Counted from the first letter of the stretch, positions 26,118 through 33,855 are shown. The stretch is 34,656 nt of DNA from a virus (IMGVR_UViG_3300049455_000025:1-34656), one strand, 5' to 3'. Made by a program: numbers and translations. The notes: generated by a model from the sequence alone, not told the origin.

Positions 26118-27097
26118 GCCGACTCCCTCACCAGGCGGGGCTTGCTGCGGTCCCGGTACTGCTGGACGACGTCGTCCGCCCAGCTGTCGAAGAGGTCGCG
26201 CACCCGCTCGATCTGCTCGACGAGCAGCGGGTCGGCGGCAGCCGCCGCGTTGGCCGGCCGGAAGTCGTCGAGGTTGAGCGGGATCGTCGCCAGGAACTTG
26301 TGGACCAGCTTTCGATAGCCGGCGTCCCGGACCTCGTCGGAGTCCTTCGCCCAGTTGCCGAGGGCCTCGTTGCGGCTGACCTTGTTGGGGTCGCCGGAGG
26401 AGGGCGCGCGGCCGCCCTCCTCCGGCTCGCCGCGGCCCGCTGGCACCCCTGTCGGCGACCGCGGCTCGGCGGGCAGCGTGGGGGGATCGCCGCCTGCCGC
26501 GTCGGAACGTTCATGCCCCGGCTGACCGGGCGCAGCGACCGAAACGTCTCCCTCGAGAGCATCTGGCTCCGAGGGCTGGTCAGCCGGAGCCCCATCCGGC
26601 CTCGCGGGGCTGTCGCCCCCCGCGCTCGTGGCGGCCGGTTGGGAGTCTGTGGTGTCGGTGAACTCGCCGTCGAGCACCGGAGCGCCGGGCGCCAGTTCCG
26701 CCCGGACCTCGGCGACCAGCGCGGCGGTCACGCGGCCCTCCGGCGCCCGCCGCTGAGCCTCTTCGTAGACAGCGACGAGGGTCTCTTGGTCGTCAGCGAT
26801 CGGCGTCAATTCCCGAGCCACCCGCTCGCTGGTGATCTTGTAACCCATGGGTGACAAGATCAACGCCGAGCGGGCCGCCGTGATCAGGCGATATGCGTGC
26901 TGCGGCGAGATGTCCCAGCGCGCTTCGAGGTACTCCTCGAAGGTCTTGTGCCCGGCGACGATGTAGAGCGCCTCAGCCTTGATCTTGCCCAGGGCGCGGC
27001 CCATCTCAATGAAGCTCTTCTGGACCTGCTCGATCGTCTGCTCGTGCTGCCGAAGCTCGCGCTTGCGCCGCAGCGCGACGCCGTCCCGCGCGCTCAT
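26114..27097 (-). CDS. Putative DNA-binding protein (DUF3102-like N-terminal HTH, disordered linker)
   Basis: FIEMGRALGKIK...LY...TFEEYL..RWDIS...AYRLI...SERVAREL; ATG 27097 overlaps the cro stop. Confidence 0.7.
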   Translation of the reverse strand: MSARDGVALRRKRELRQHEQTIEQVQKSFIEMGRALGKIKAEALYIVAGHKTFEEYLEARWDISPQHAYRLITAARSALILSPMGYKITSERVARELTPIADDQETLVAVYEEAQRRAPEGRVTAALVAEVRAELAPGAPVLDGEFTDTTDSQPAATSAGGDSPARPDGAPADQPSEPDALEGDVSVAAPGQPGHERSDAAGGDPPTLPAEPRSPTGVPAGRGEPEEGGRAPSSGDPNKVSRNEALGNWAKDSDEVRDAGYRKLVHKFLATIPLNLDDFRPANAAAAADPLLVEQIERVRDLFDSWADDVVQQYRDRSKPRLVRESA

Positions 27098-27309
27098 GCC
27101 GCACCACTGACCGGCTGCTCGCCGCGCTGGCCGGCGGCCAGGGACCATCCCCGGACCGTTTCGTACGTGACGTCGATACCGGTGCGCCTGGTCAGCTCGA
27201 TGGCGATGAGGCGCCAGGCGGTGCCGGGGCGGCGGGCGGCGATGAACTCGGCGAGGGGCTCGCCGAGCTTCGCCTCCATCAGGAGGAAGAGGGTGGTCGG
27301 CTCGCTCAT
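27094..27309 (-). CDS. Cro-like HTH protein
   Basis: AWRLIAIELTRRTGIDVTYETVRGW; divergent from repressor; first gene of the early operon. Confidence 0.75.
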   Translation of the reverse strand: MSEPTTLFLLMEAKLGEPLAEFIAARRPGTAWRLIAIELTRRTGIDVTYETVRGWSLAAGQRGEQPVSGAA

Positions 27310-27438
27310 GGCCAACACACTGACATCCTGCAAGTGCACTTGTCAATGACAAGCCGCTAGGCTTTTGACAAGCCCTTGAGTCATGGTGGCACACTGTGTC
27401 CGTTGTCAAGATGGTTGACAGATGGCAACATGCCACCC
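27310..27438. promoter_or_regulatory. Divergent immunity switch with promoters and TGTCA/TGACA operators
   Basis: CTTGTCA-A-TGACAAG (27339-53), TGTCAA-N5-TTGACA (27404-20), TGACAAGCC twice; minus TTGACA-18-CAGTGT-7-ATG; plus TTGTCA-17-CAACAT-7-ATG. Confidence 0.8.
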
Positions 27439-27915
27439 ATGACGACACCTGGGGAGGAGCGCGAGCGCGAACTCGACGCTCCGCAGGAACCGAAGGGCCG
27501 GATCCCGGCCGACACGCTGGCCAACCGCCTGATGCTGGCCCGAGCGCTGGCCGGCCACATCTCCATCCGCGAAGCGGCCGACGTGTGCGGCCTGGGTCGC
27601 GGCGCCTGGACGAACTGGGAGCGCGGCTCCCGGCCGGTGGACATCCTGGAGATCGTGCCGATCATCGCCGAGAAGCTCGACGTCGATGAGCAGTGGCTGA
27701 TGTGGGGCGGACCGCTTGAAGGGCCGCGAGGCCGCGTAATAGCCAAACGGCCAGGGTCAGTTAGGGTCGCCTACCTGGCCCGGACCGTTCGGCCCACCTC
27801 TGATCGTCCGAAGGTGCGAACAGATCAACAACGGCCGATCGGTTTTCCGGCGCAGCCCCGCCGAGCGAACAGGGTCAACTCGGGACGTGCGGCTGACGTG
27901 ATCTACGCGGCGTGA
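27439..27915 (+). CDS. Immunity repressor (XRE HTH) with long basic tail ending in ssrA-like ...VIYAA
   Basis: LANRLMLARALAGHISIREAADVCGLGRGAWTNWERGSRP...LDVDEQWLMWG; start 27430 or 27439. Confidence 0.85.
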   Translation: MTTPGEERERELDAPQEPKGRIPADTLANRLMLARALAGHISIREAADVCGLGRGAWTNWERGSRPVDILEIVPIIAEKLDVDEQWLMWGGPLEGPRGRVIAKRPGSVRVAYLARTVRPTSDRPKVRTDQQRPIGFPAQPRRANRVNSGRAADVIYAA

Positions 27916-27931
27916 CGCGAGGATCACTTCT

Positions 27932-28771
27932 ATGTCTGACTTAATCGCCGGCTACGTCCGGCACATGAAGGCGGCGGCCTTGTCACGCAACACCATCCAC
28001 GACCGCGAGGAGCTCCTCCGGCGCATCGACCGGGACGTGCCGATGGGCCTCGAGAGGGCGACCGTCGAAGAGCTCGCCGACTGGCTCGGCCACGACGGGT
28101 GGGCGCCGAAGACCCGCCTCACCTACTACGAGGGAATCAGAGCCTTGTTCCAGTGGGCGACCGACCCGCGCAACCCGACCCTCGACTACGACCCGTCGGC
28201 GTCCCTCGCCCGGCCGCACGTCTACCGCAAGGCCCCACGGCCGGTCACCGAAGAGGAGATGACGACGATCCTGCAACGCGCCGAGGGCTTCTGGCGCGTC
28301 GCCGCGCTCCTCGCCTCACACGAGGGCGCGCGCGCCTGCGAAGTCGCCTCCGTCCGAAGGGAGGACATCACCGAAGAGAACATCCTGTTCACCGGCAAAG
28401 GTGGCAAGGTCGCCGCCGTCCCCACGCACGAGCTGGTCTGGCGCACGGTCAGGGACTTCCCCCCCGGACCGATCGCCAGGCACCTGCTCGGGCGGACCGT
28501 GCCGGCCAACTACGTGTCGGTCATGTTCCCCCGGCACGTCCGGCAGAAGACCGGGCTCGTCGGGATGAACCTGCATCGGCTCCGGCACCGGTTCGCGACG
28601 ATCCTGCTCACCGCGCGGGATCTCGGAGGCGCCGGCGCTGATCTGCGCACCGTCCAGGAGCTGATGCGCCACTCCAACCCGACCGTGACCGCGATCTATA
28701 CACAGATCACGGACAGGCAGCGCAAGATTGCCGTCTCAGCGCTGCCCGTCCTCACTCCGTCCCCCTGCTAG
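27932..28771 (+). CDS. int: Tyrosine integrase without N-terminal arm-binding domain
   Basis: Catalytic set GAR..E, GKGGK, HRLRH, MRHS, TAIY; only 279 aa. Confidence 0.93.
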   Translation: MSDLIAGYVRHMKAAALSRNTIHDREELLRRIDRDVPMGLERATVEELADWLGHDGWAPKTRLTYYEGIRALFQWATDPRNPTLDYDPSASLARPHVYRKAPRPVTEEEMTTILQRAEGFWRVAALLASHEGARACEVASVRREDITEENILFTGKGGKVAAVPTHELVWRTVRDFPPGPIARHLLGRTVPANYVSVMFPRHVRQKTGLVGMNLHRLRHRFATILLTARDLGGAGADLRTVQELMRHSNPTVTAIYTQITDRQRKIAVSALPVLTPSPC

Positions 28772-28794
28772 AAGTTCGAAGCTGGACACAGCAT

Positions 28795-28828
28795 GACCGC
28801 CCGACGTTCCTCGAAACGTCGGGCGGTC
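28795..28828. terminator. Hairpin between convergent genes
   Basis: GACCGCCCGACGTT-N6-AACGTCGGGCGGTC (14-bp stem). Confidence 0.75.
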
Positions 28829-28851
28829 GCTCATTCACCAAGTGTGACCGA

Positions 28852-29271
28852 TCAGCCAGGGTCCTCCCCGGACCTGCGGAGGATGTCGCGCACGTCGCGG
28901 GTGCTGCTCTCCAGGTCGAAGGCGATCTCCCGCGGGGTGCGGCCCCGCCGGAACCAGCGCACGACCAGCTCGGCGAGCGAGGCCGGGACGGACCGGGCGG
29001 GCGGTTCGACGACCGCCGGCCGCGGGTGCACCACGACGACCCGGGCGGCGTCGCCGATGTCGCCGGCGAGCCGGCGGACCTCCGGGGATGCGAACGCGGC
29101 GAGGACGACCTCAACCAGGCCGGCCCGGACGAGCTTCACGGCGTCGCGCGGCGCGAACCAGGGGACCACGTGCTCGAGGCGCCAGCGCTGCTCGTCGCAG
29201 AACGCGAGGCACGCCTGCTCCTGCTTGCGCTCGGAGATGCCGCGCTGAAGAAAGATCACCACACTGGTCAA
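28852..29271 (-). CDS. Small degenerate resolvase-like protein with C-terminal HTH
   Basis: VVIFLQRGIS..KQ..ACLAFC....W; VRAGLVEVVLA; GRTPREIAFDLESS. Confidence 0.6.
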   Translation of the reverse strand: MTSVVIFLQRGISERKQEQACLAFCDEQRWRLEHVVPWFAPRDAVKLVRAGLVEVVLAAFASPEVRRLAGDIGDAARVVVVHPRPAVVEPPARSVPASLAELVVRWFRRGRTPREIAFDLESSTRDVRDILRRSGEDPG

Positions 29272-29420
29272 TGGTCCCAGCCTCCCTCGGGCCGTGGGCG
29301 GCGCCGGGGGAAGGTGCGGTCGTCGTCGCAGCTATTTCAGACTCCGGATAGCCGGATCTACTCCCCAAATGATCGATCGATACTCACACATCGGGATCGA
29401 TCTACTCAGTGAAACCGGTG

Positions 29421-29648
29421 TCACTCGATCGGGTGATGCTCTGCGACGAAGTAGCCGACGCCCGGCATCGACACGAGCTCGCCCGACCAGACGAGCTCCT
29501 TCTGTGCGTCGCGGACCACGGTCAGCGACACCGTGTGCTCGCGCATCAGGTCTGAGCGGGAAGGCAGCTGGTGACCGGGTGGCCAGTCCCCGCTGCTGAT
29601 CTTCTCCCGGATGTAGTCGATAAGACTCTGAGTCTTCGATGTAGGCAT
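29421..29648 (-). CDS. Stand-alone GntR-family wHTH regulator
   Basis: IREKISSGDWPPGHQLPS..DL......S..VVR.A...L...G......GVGYFV. Confidence 0.9.
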   Translation of the reverse strand: MPTSKTQSLIDYIREKISSGDWPPGHQLPSRSDLMREHTVSLTVVRDAQKELVWSGELVSMPGVGYFVAEHHPIE

Positions 29649-29978
29649 GGTGATCTCCCTGGTCTGCAGGGCCATAAGATCACGCTCCTCTCGATCGACT
29701 CAATACCTCCAGGTACATCCGGAGTACTGAGGGTTGCGGATGCATCCTGATGCATCTAGCTTGAGCATAGGTCACCTCACCTGGTCTGCAACCCCTGGTT
29801 GGTGTACCTGCCCGGCCGGCCGTTCCTCCAGGGACCCCGGCCGGGCGCTCCCAGAAGCTGGGGAGCGGTCTCCTCTGACAGCCAGGCCTGTCTCAGAGTC
29901 ACAAGGGGCTGCTCCCCGTAGAGCCGGGGTGCCGTCGTCATGGCGGCGGTGCCCCGCACTCACCTCGGAGGATCACCT

Positions 29979-30320
29979 GTGGTCCGTGCACCGAACGGTT
30001 CTGAAGACCTCATCGACCAGACGGGGCACCGGGTCGTCGAGGACAACCTGTCGACGAGGAGTCTCCTGCGCTCCAGGGTGCTCCAGCTGGACGGGCTGCC
30101 CGTCGTCGAGCTCGAGGACGAGCGGTCGGCGACGACGATCACACCGGACGGGGATCCGCTCATGGCGGCCGAGCAGCTCGAGTGCGCCGCAATGACACTC
30201 CTCGCCGCCGCCCACGAGCTGCGCCGCGGTGGAGGCCACCATCAGGTGATGGTCCGGCTCGGCCAGCACCAGTTCATCCCGTGGTGCTCGTGTGGGCAGT
30301 CGCACGGCGTGGTGTCGTAG
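29979..30320 (+). CDS. Hypothetical protein divergent from GntR
   Basis: RBS GGAGG at 29967, GTG 29979; C-terminal CSCG. Confidence 0.65.
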   Translation: MVRAPNGSEDLIDQTGHRVVEDNLSTRSLLRSRVLQLDGLPVVELEDERSATTITPDGDPLMAAEQLECAAMTLLAAAHELRRGGGHHQVMVRLGQHQFIPWCSCGQSHGVVS

Positions 30321-30445
30321 CCGATCATCGATCTCTGCCGACTGTTCAGGCTCGCCCTTCCGGATGACTTCCTTGCAACCATGTATCACCAACGAGCCAC
30401 ACTGCGTCACCCTCTTGCGCCTTTCCCGCATCGAAGGACTCCCCA

Positions 30446-30925
30446 ATGTCGTACGACGACGAGACCCACACCTACGCCACCGGCCAACTCGGGCGGGTGT
30501 CGCCCTACTCGCCGAACCCCGCCTACCCGGTGAACCCTGTCAGCCCCGCCCCTCAACTGCCCAGATCCAACGTGGCGCGCTACGTCCAGCTCGGGATCGC
30601 CGCGGCCGGGCTCCTCGCCGCCGCCCTGTTCCTGCTCCTGCCGCTGCCGACCCTCGACATCCTCGGCACGCCGGTCGGCTTCTGCGGGCCCGGACCCACC
30701 TCGGACAACGCACTGCAGGTCATGCTCGACCCGACCGTCGTCAGCGGCCAGGCAGACCTCACCGACAAGACGAGCGTCGACACCGGAAACGCCCTGCGCA
30801 CCTACTGCCTCGGCAAGGCGAAGAGCCGCAGCTACTACGCGCTCGCGGCCGGCGGCGGCGGCCTGGTCGTGGCGCTCGGTATCGCCTTCGCGCAGGCGTC
30901 TCCCCGTCGCCGCGCATCCTGGTGA
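30446..30925 (+). CDS. Two-TM membrane protein with Cys pair in the loop (accessory)
   Basis: TM-loop(CG...C)-TM; RBS GAAGGA; opposite strand to late genes. Confidence 0.75.
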   Translation: MSYDDETHTYATGQLGRVSPYSPNPAYPVNPVSPAPQLPRSNVARYVQLGIAAAGLLAAALFLLLPLPTLDILGTPVGFCGPGPTSDNALQVMLDPTVVSGQADLTDKTSVDTGNALRTYCLGKAKSRSYYALAAGGGGLVVALGIAFAQASPRRRASW

Positions 30926-30943
30926 TCCCTCACCAAGCGCACG

Positions 30944-30981
30944 AAAAAGCGGCTCGGGCCTCCGAAGAGACCCGAGCCGCT
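30944..30981. terminator. Intrinsic terminator ending the late operon (U-tract on minus strand), probably bidirectional
   Basis: AAAAAGCGGCTCGGG...CCCGAGCCGCT. Confidence 0.8.
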
Positions 30982-30995
30982 GAAGTCGGTGCTGG

Positions 30996-31199
30996 TCAGT
31001 AGTCCCGGCGTACCGCCCCGTCCGCCGGCTGCTTCACAGTCTTGGCGTTCGGCACGAGCAGCACGAGCACGGCGATGACCGCGGCGGTGATGATGCCGCC
31101 GGCTTCGGCTCCGGTGATCGTGCCGTCGGAGATCGCGGCCTGGGCGGCGTAGGCGCCGGCGCCGAGCGCAGCGACGATGAACTTCATATACCTGCTCAT
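30996..31199 (-). CDS. Holin
   Basis: MSRYMKFIVAALGAGA...DGTITGAE...IAVLVLLVPN; 67 aa, two TMs, VPN motif of actinophage holins. Confidence 0.75.
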   Translation of the reverse strand: MSRYMKFIVAALGAGAYAAQAAISDGTITGAEAGGIITAAVIAVLVLLVPNAKTVKQPADGAVRRDY

Positions 31200-31861
31200 G
31201 CTGCTACTCCCTTCAGAATGCCCGGCTCGATCGCGCCGAGCCCGAGCTGGTCGTGCGCGGCCTGCCAGGTGACGCTGAGATCTTGGCCGGCGACCGCGAT
31301 GAGGCTGTCGAGGTAGGCTCGCCGCTTTCTGCCGTGCTCGACGAACCGCGCGGTGAGCTCCTCTTGCTGCTCGGTGTAGTCGACGAGTTCCTTGAGCGTG
31401 GTGGTGACGGGCTCGAAGTCCCGCAGCGGGAACAGGGCGCCCTGCTCGCCGATGAGGTCGACGAGCGCCCGCGCGTGGTCGTGGTCGCGTTCGGCCGGCG
31501 TGCGGTGGTCGGCCAGCGGCTCGTCCTCGGGTGCTTCGTAGGTCGGAAAGGCCGCCGTACGGAGGGCGGACCAGTCGCCAAATTCGGCACACGCGTGCCG
31601 AATTTCAGCCTCGGTCGGGTACGTCCTAGCGCACTGAAGCCGGTACCGGATCTCCCGCTCGGAGAGCCTGAGTCCGGCAGATGCGGATGCTACGACGAGC
31701 TCGTGGGCGCGGCCGGGCTTGAGCTGGGTGCTATCCGGGGCGAACGCCTCGGGATCGCGCAGGAGACGGAGGCCCCAGAGCCACCGTTCACGGATGCTGC
31801 CCGCATCGGCGGACGCGATCGCCTTCTCTTGCTTGACGTACTGCGTGGTTTTCACGCACAT
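31196..31861 (-). CDS. Hypothetical protein (start ATG 31861 or GTG 31855)
   Basis: RBS AAGGAG; helical, LSEREIRYRLQCARTYP may be HTH-like. Confidence 0.7.
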   Translation of the reverse strand: MCVKTTQYVKQEKAIASADAGSIRERWLWGLRLLRDPEAFAPDSTQLKPGRAHELVVASASAGLRLSEREIRYRLQCARTYPTEAEIRHACAEFGDWSALRTAAFPTYEAPEDEPLADHRTPAERDHDHARALVDLIGEQGALFPLRDFEPVTTTLKELVDYTEQQEELTARFVEHGRKRRAYLDSLIAVAGQDLSVTWQAAHDQLGLGAIEPGILKGVAA

Positions 31862-31950
31862 CTCCTTCAGGGATTCGAGGGATTGCGCACCGTGCCCGGC
31901 CCGCGCGTCCGGCGAATCCCTCAAAACTCCGAGGCGCGGACCGGGCACGG

Positions 31951-31978
31951 AAAAACTCGCCGCGGCCGGCGGCGAGTT
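31951..31978 (-). terminator. Intrinsic terminator
   Basis: Minus strand AACTCGCCGC-CGGCC-GCGGCGAGTT-TTT. Confidence 0.7.
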
Positions 31979-32023
31979 GGATTCAGGGGATCGGCCGAAG
32001 TCCTGAGCGGGCGACCGGGTGGT

Positions 32024-32833
32024 TCAGGAAATCCCGTCGAGCTGCTTGATCAGCGCGCCGACGTCTTTCGGTGTGAGATTGGCCGGGCCGGCGGATTCGT
32101 CGACCTTGTCGCCGCGGGCCGGATCGATCGACAAGCTCCACGAGGTGGGGTCGTCGTCGGTCAGGTCGATCGACCAGTGCAGATCTGCCCAGTCCCCGTG
32201 TGTCACCCCGCTCGCAACGGAACTGCTGGTGTCGGGGGTGTCGCCGCGGGCCCACGCCGCATCGGCCTTCTTCGCCGCCGCCTTCGCGGTCTTGCTCGCC
32301 TCGGCCAGGTCGTCGCGCAGGTGTGCGGTCTGCCGCGGGCTGAGCACCGACGTCGCGCCCTTGTCCGCGGCTGTCCAGCGGTGGGCGTCGTGGGACGGGA
32401 TGATGCCGAGCCGCACCTGCCTGCCGCCGGGTGTGTCGATGACGGCGTGGAGGACGTCGACGTCGTGGCCGCTGTGCGTCTCGAGGCGGCCGGAGCTGTG
32501 GAGGTGCTCGCCGCCGCCGAGCTGGATCCTGCCGGCCAGGTCGAGCAGGTCGCCGGCGAGGTTCGCCGCCGCTCCGCCGGGCCCGTCGGTCCATTTGCCG
32601 CTGTGCGGGTCGCGGGGCTCGGTCGGGTCGAAGCGCGCGGCGACCGGCGAGCAGGTGGTGCACAGCCCGTCGACGAGTTGGTGTGCTCGACTGGCTTCGG
32701 CCTTCGTTGGCGGGTCCTCGTCGGGCGCCCATTGGGGGATCGGGCCGCCGTCCGGCTCTGCCAGGATCGGGGCGGCGTAGTCACCGTTCTGCCGCTCGCG
32801 CATTCCCTTGCCGGACGCGGTCTGCTCGGTCAC
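32024..32833 (-). CDS. Hypothetical protein sharing N-terminal motifs with the ADP-ribosyltransferase
   Basis: EASRAHQLVDGLCTTCS, RFDPTEPRDPHSGKW; GTGA overlap. Confidence 0.8.
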   Translation of the reverse strand: MTEQTASGKGMRERQNGDYAAPILAEPDGGPIPQWAPDEDPPTKAEASRAHQLVDGLCTTCSPVAARFDPTEPRDPHSGKWTDGPGGAAANLAGDLLDLAGRIQLGGGEHLHSSGRLETHSGHDVDVLHAVIDTPGGRQVRLGIIPSHDAHRWTAADKGATSVLSPRQTAHLRDDLAEASKTAKAAAKKADAAWARGDTPDTSSSVASGVTHGDWADLHWSIDLTDDDPTSWSLSIDPARGDKVDESAGPANLTPKDVGALIKQLDGIS

Positions 32834-33843
32834 CCGATAACCTCCACGTCCAGGTAGCGGACCCCACGGTCGTCGAAGCCGCGGTCCTTGGCGACGCGCA
32901 TCTTCAACCCACGCTGCAGCAGCAGCTCCGCCTCGCCTTCGCCAGTGTCTCCCGACAACTCAATGGCGCCGGTGCCGGACGGGACGAGGATCCGCATCAC
33001 CACCGAGGTTGGATGGGTTTTTGCGTGATCAACAGCGGCGAACCGGTCAGCCCAGACCCTGCTGGTGGTCGTCGACACGAACGCGTCCTCGGCCCACTCC
33101 AGGCCGGTCATGTTGCGCTGCAGGCGGTCGCCGAAAAGCCGCTGCGACGACGACAAGCCCCGCAGAGCAACGACATCGCCGGGAAGCTGCGACCTGGCCA
33201 TCGCCGCGTCCATGCCGGCGATGTCGTCGCGGATCTCCGGTGGCGCCTCGTCGAGCACGTGCCCACGCAGGGCGTTGTTGATCGCCGAATACGACGGTCC
33301 CCGATAGCGGTAGAGCCCGCCGTACTCTTCCTTGCTGAACGTGTCGTCGTACTGATGCCCGACCATCGACAGCGGTGCGGACGCTCGGGCGGCCCGCCCG
33401 GAGAGGGCTTTCTTCGCCGGCGCCTTCTTCGCAGCCTTGGGTGGTCCCAGGTGGCCGAGGAGCTTCTCAGCGATCGAGTCCCGGTCCTCGCCGCGCTTGA
33501 GCTCGATCCCGCGCGCTTTCGCCACCCGGCGCAGCTGCTCGCGGCTGTAGCCGTCGAACGGATGGTCTCCGCCCTTGCCGTTGACATGCGCGTCGATGGA
33601 GTCCTTCAGCCGGTCGACCATGCTGCGGAACCGGCCGCCGCCCGGGCCCGCCGGGTTGCGCGGGTGTTTGCTCGGGTCGAAGGCGCGGGAGGCTTCGACG
33701 GTGCCGAGCTCGGTCAGCGCGGTGAGGAGCGCGTGCTCGTCCTCGCCCATCGGCTCGGCGTCGGAGCAGGTCTCACACAGCCCGTCAACGAGCTCGTGCG
33801 GCCCGCAGGTGAGGCAGACGCCGTCGTCGAGGACGTGCTCCAC
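32830..33843 (-). CDS. VIP2-like (R-S-ExE) mono-ADP-ribosyltransferase with N-terminal Cys motifs and small helical domain
   Basis: YSAINNALRG, VVALRG, AFVSTT, VMRILVPSGT, EAELLLQRG; GTG 33843. Confidence 0.88.
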   Translation of the reverse strand: MEHVLDDGVCLTCGPHELVDGLCETCSDAEPMGEDEHALLTALTELGTVEASRAFDPSKHPRNPAGPGGGRFRSMVDRLKDSIDAHVNGKGGDHPFDGYSREQLRRVAKARGIELKRGEDRDSIAEKLLGHLGPPKAAKKAPAKKALSGRAARASAPLSMVGHQYDDTFSKEEYGGLYRYRGPSYSAINNALRGHVLDEAPPEIRDDIAGMDAAMARSQLPGDVVALRGLSSSQRLFGDRLQRNMTGLEWAEDAFVSTTTSRVWADRFAAVDHAKTHPTSVVMRILVPSGTGAIELSGDTGEGEAELLLQRGLKMRVAKDRGFDDRGVRYLDVEVIG

Positions 33844-33855
33844 GAACACCCCCGC

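Noticed and set aside
26114-27448. 444-aa ORF spanning the immunity region
   Set aside because: 5' part overlaps cro and the operators; real start is ATG 27097
27690-29420. tRNA gene or tRNA-derived att core near the integrase
   Set aside because: No T-loop consensus or cloverleaf found by eye; needs tRNAscan or BLAST to exclude fully
29777-29959. Minus-strand 60-aa ORF upstream of GntR
   Set aside because: Atypical codons, no clear RBS or motif
9600-31861. Many proteins ending in Ala-Ala or similar as a general degron programme
   Set aside because: Most ends overlap the next RBS/start (for example GCATGA), which biases the last residues; kept only for the repressor, where context supports it
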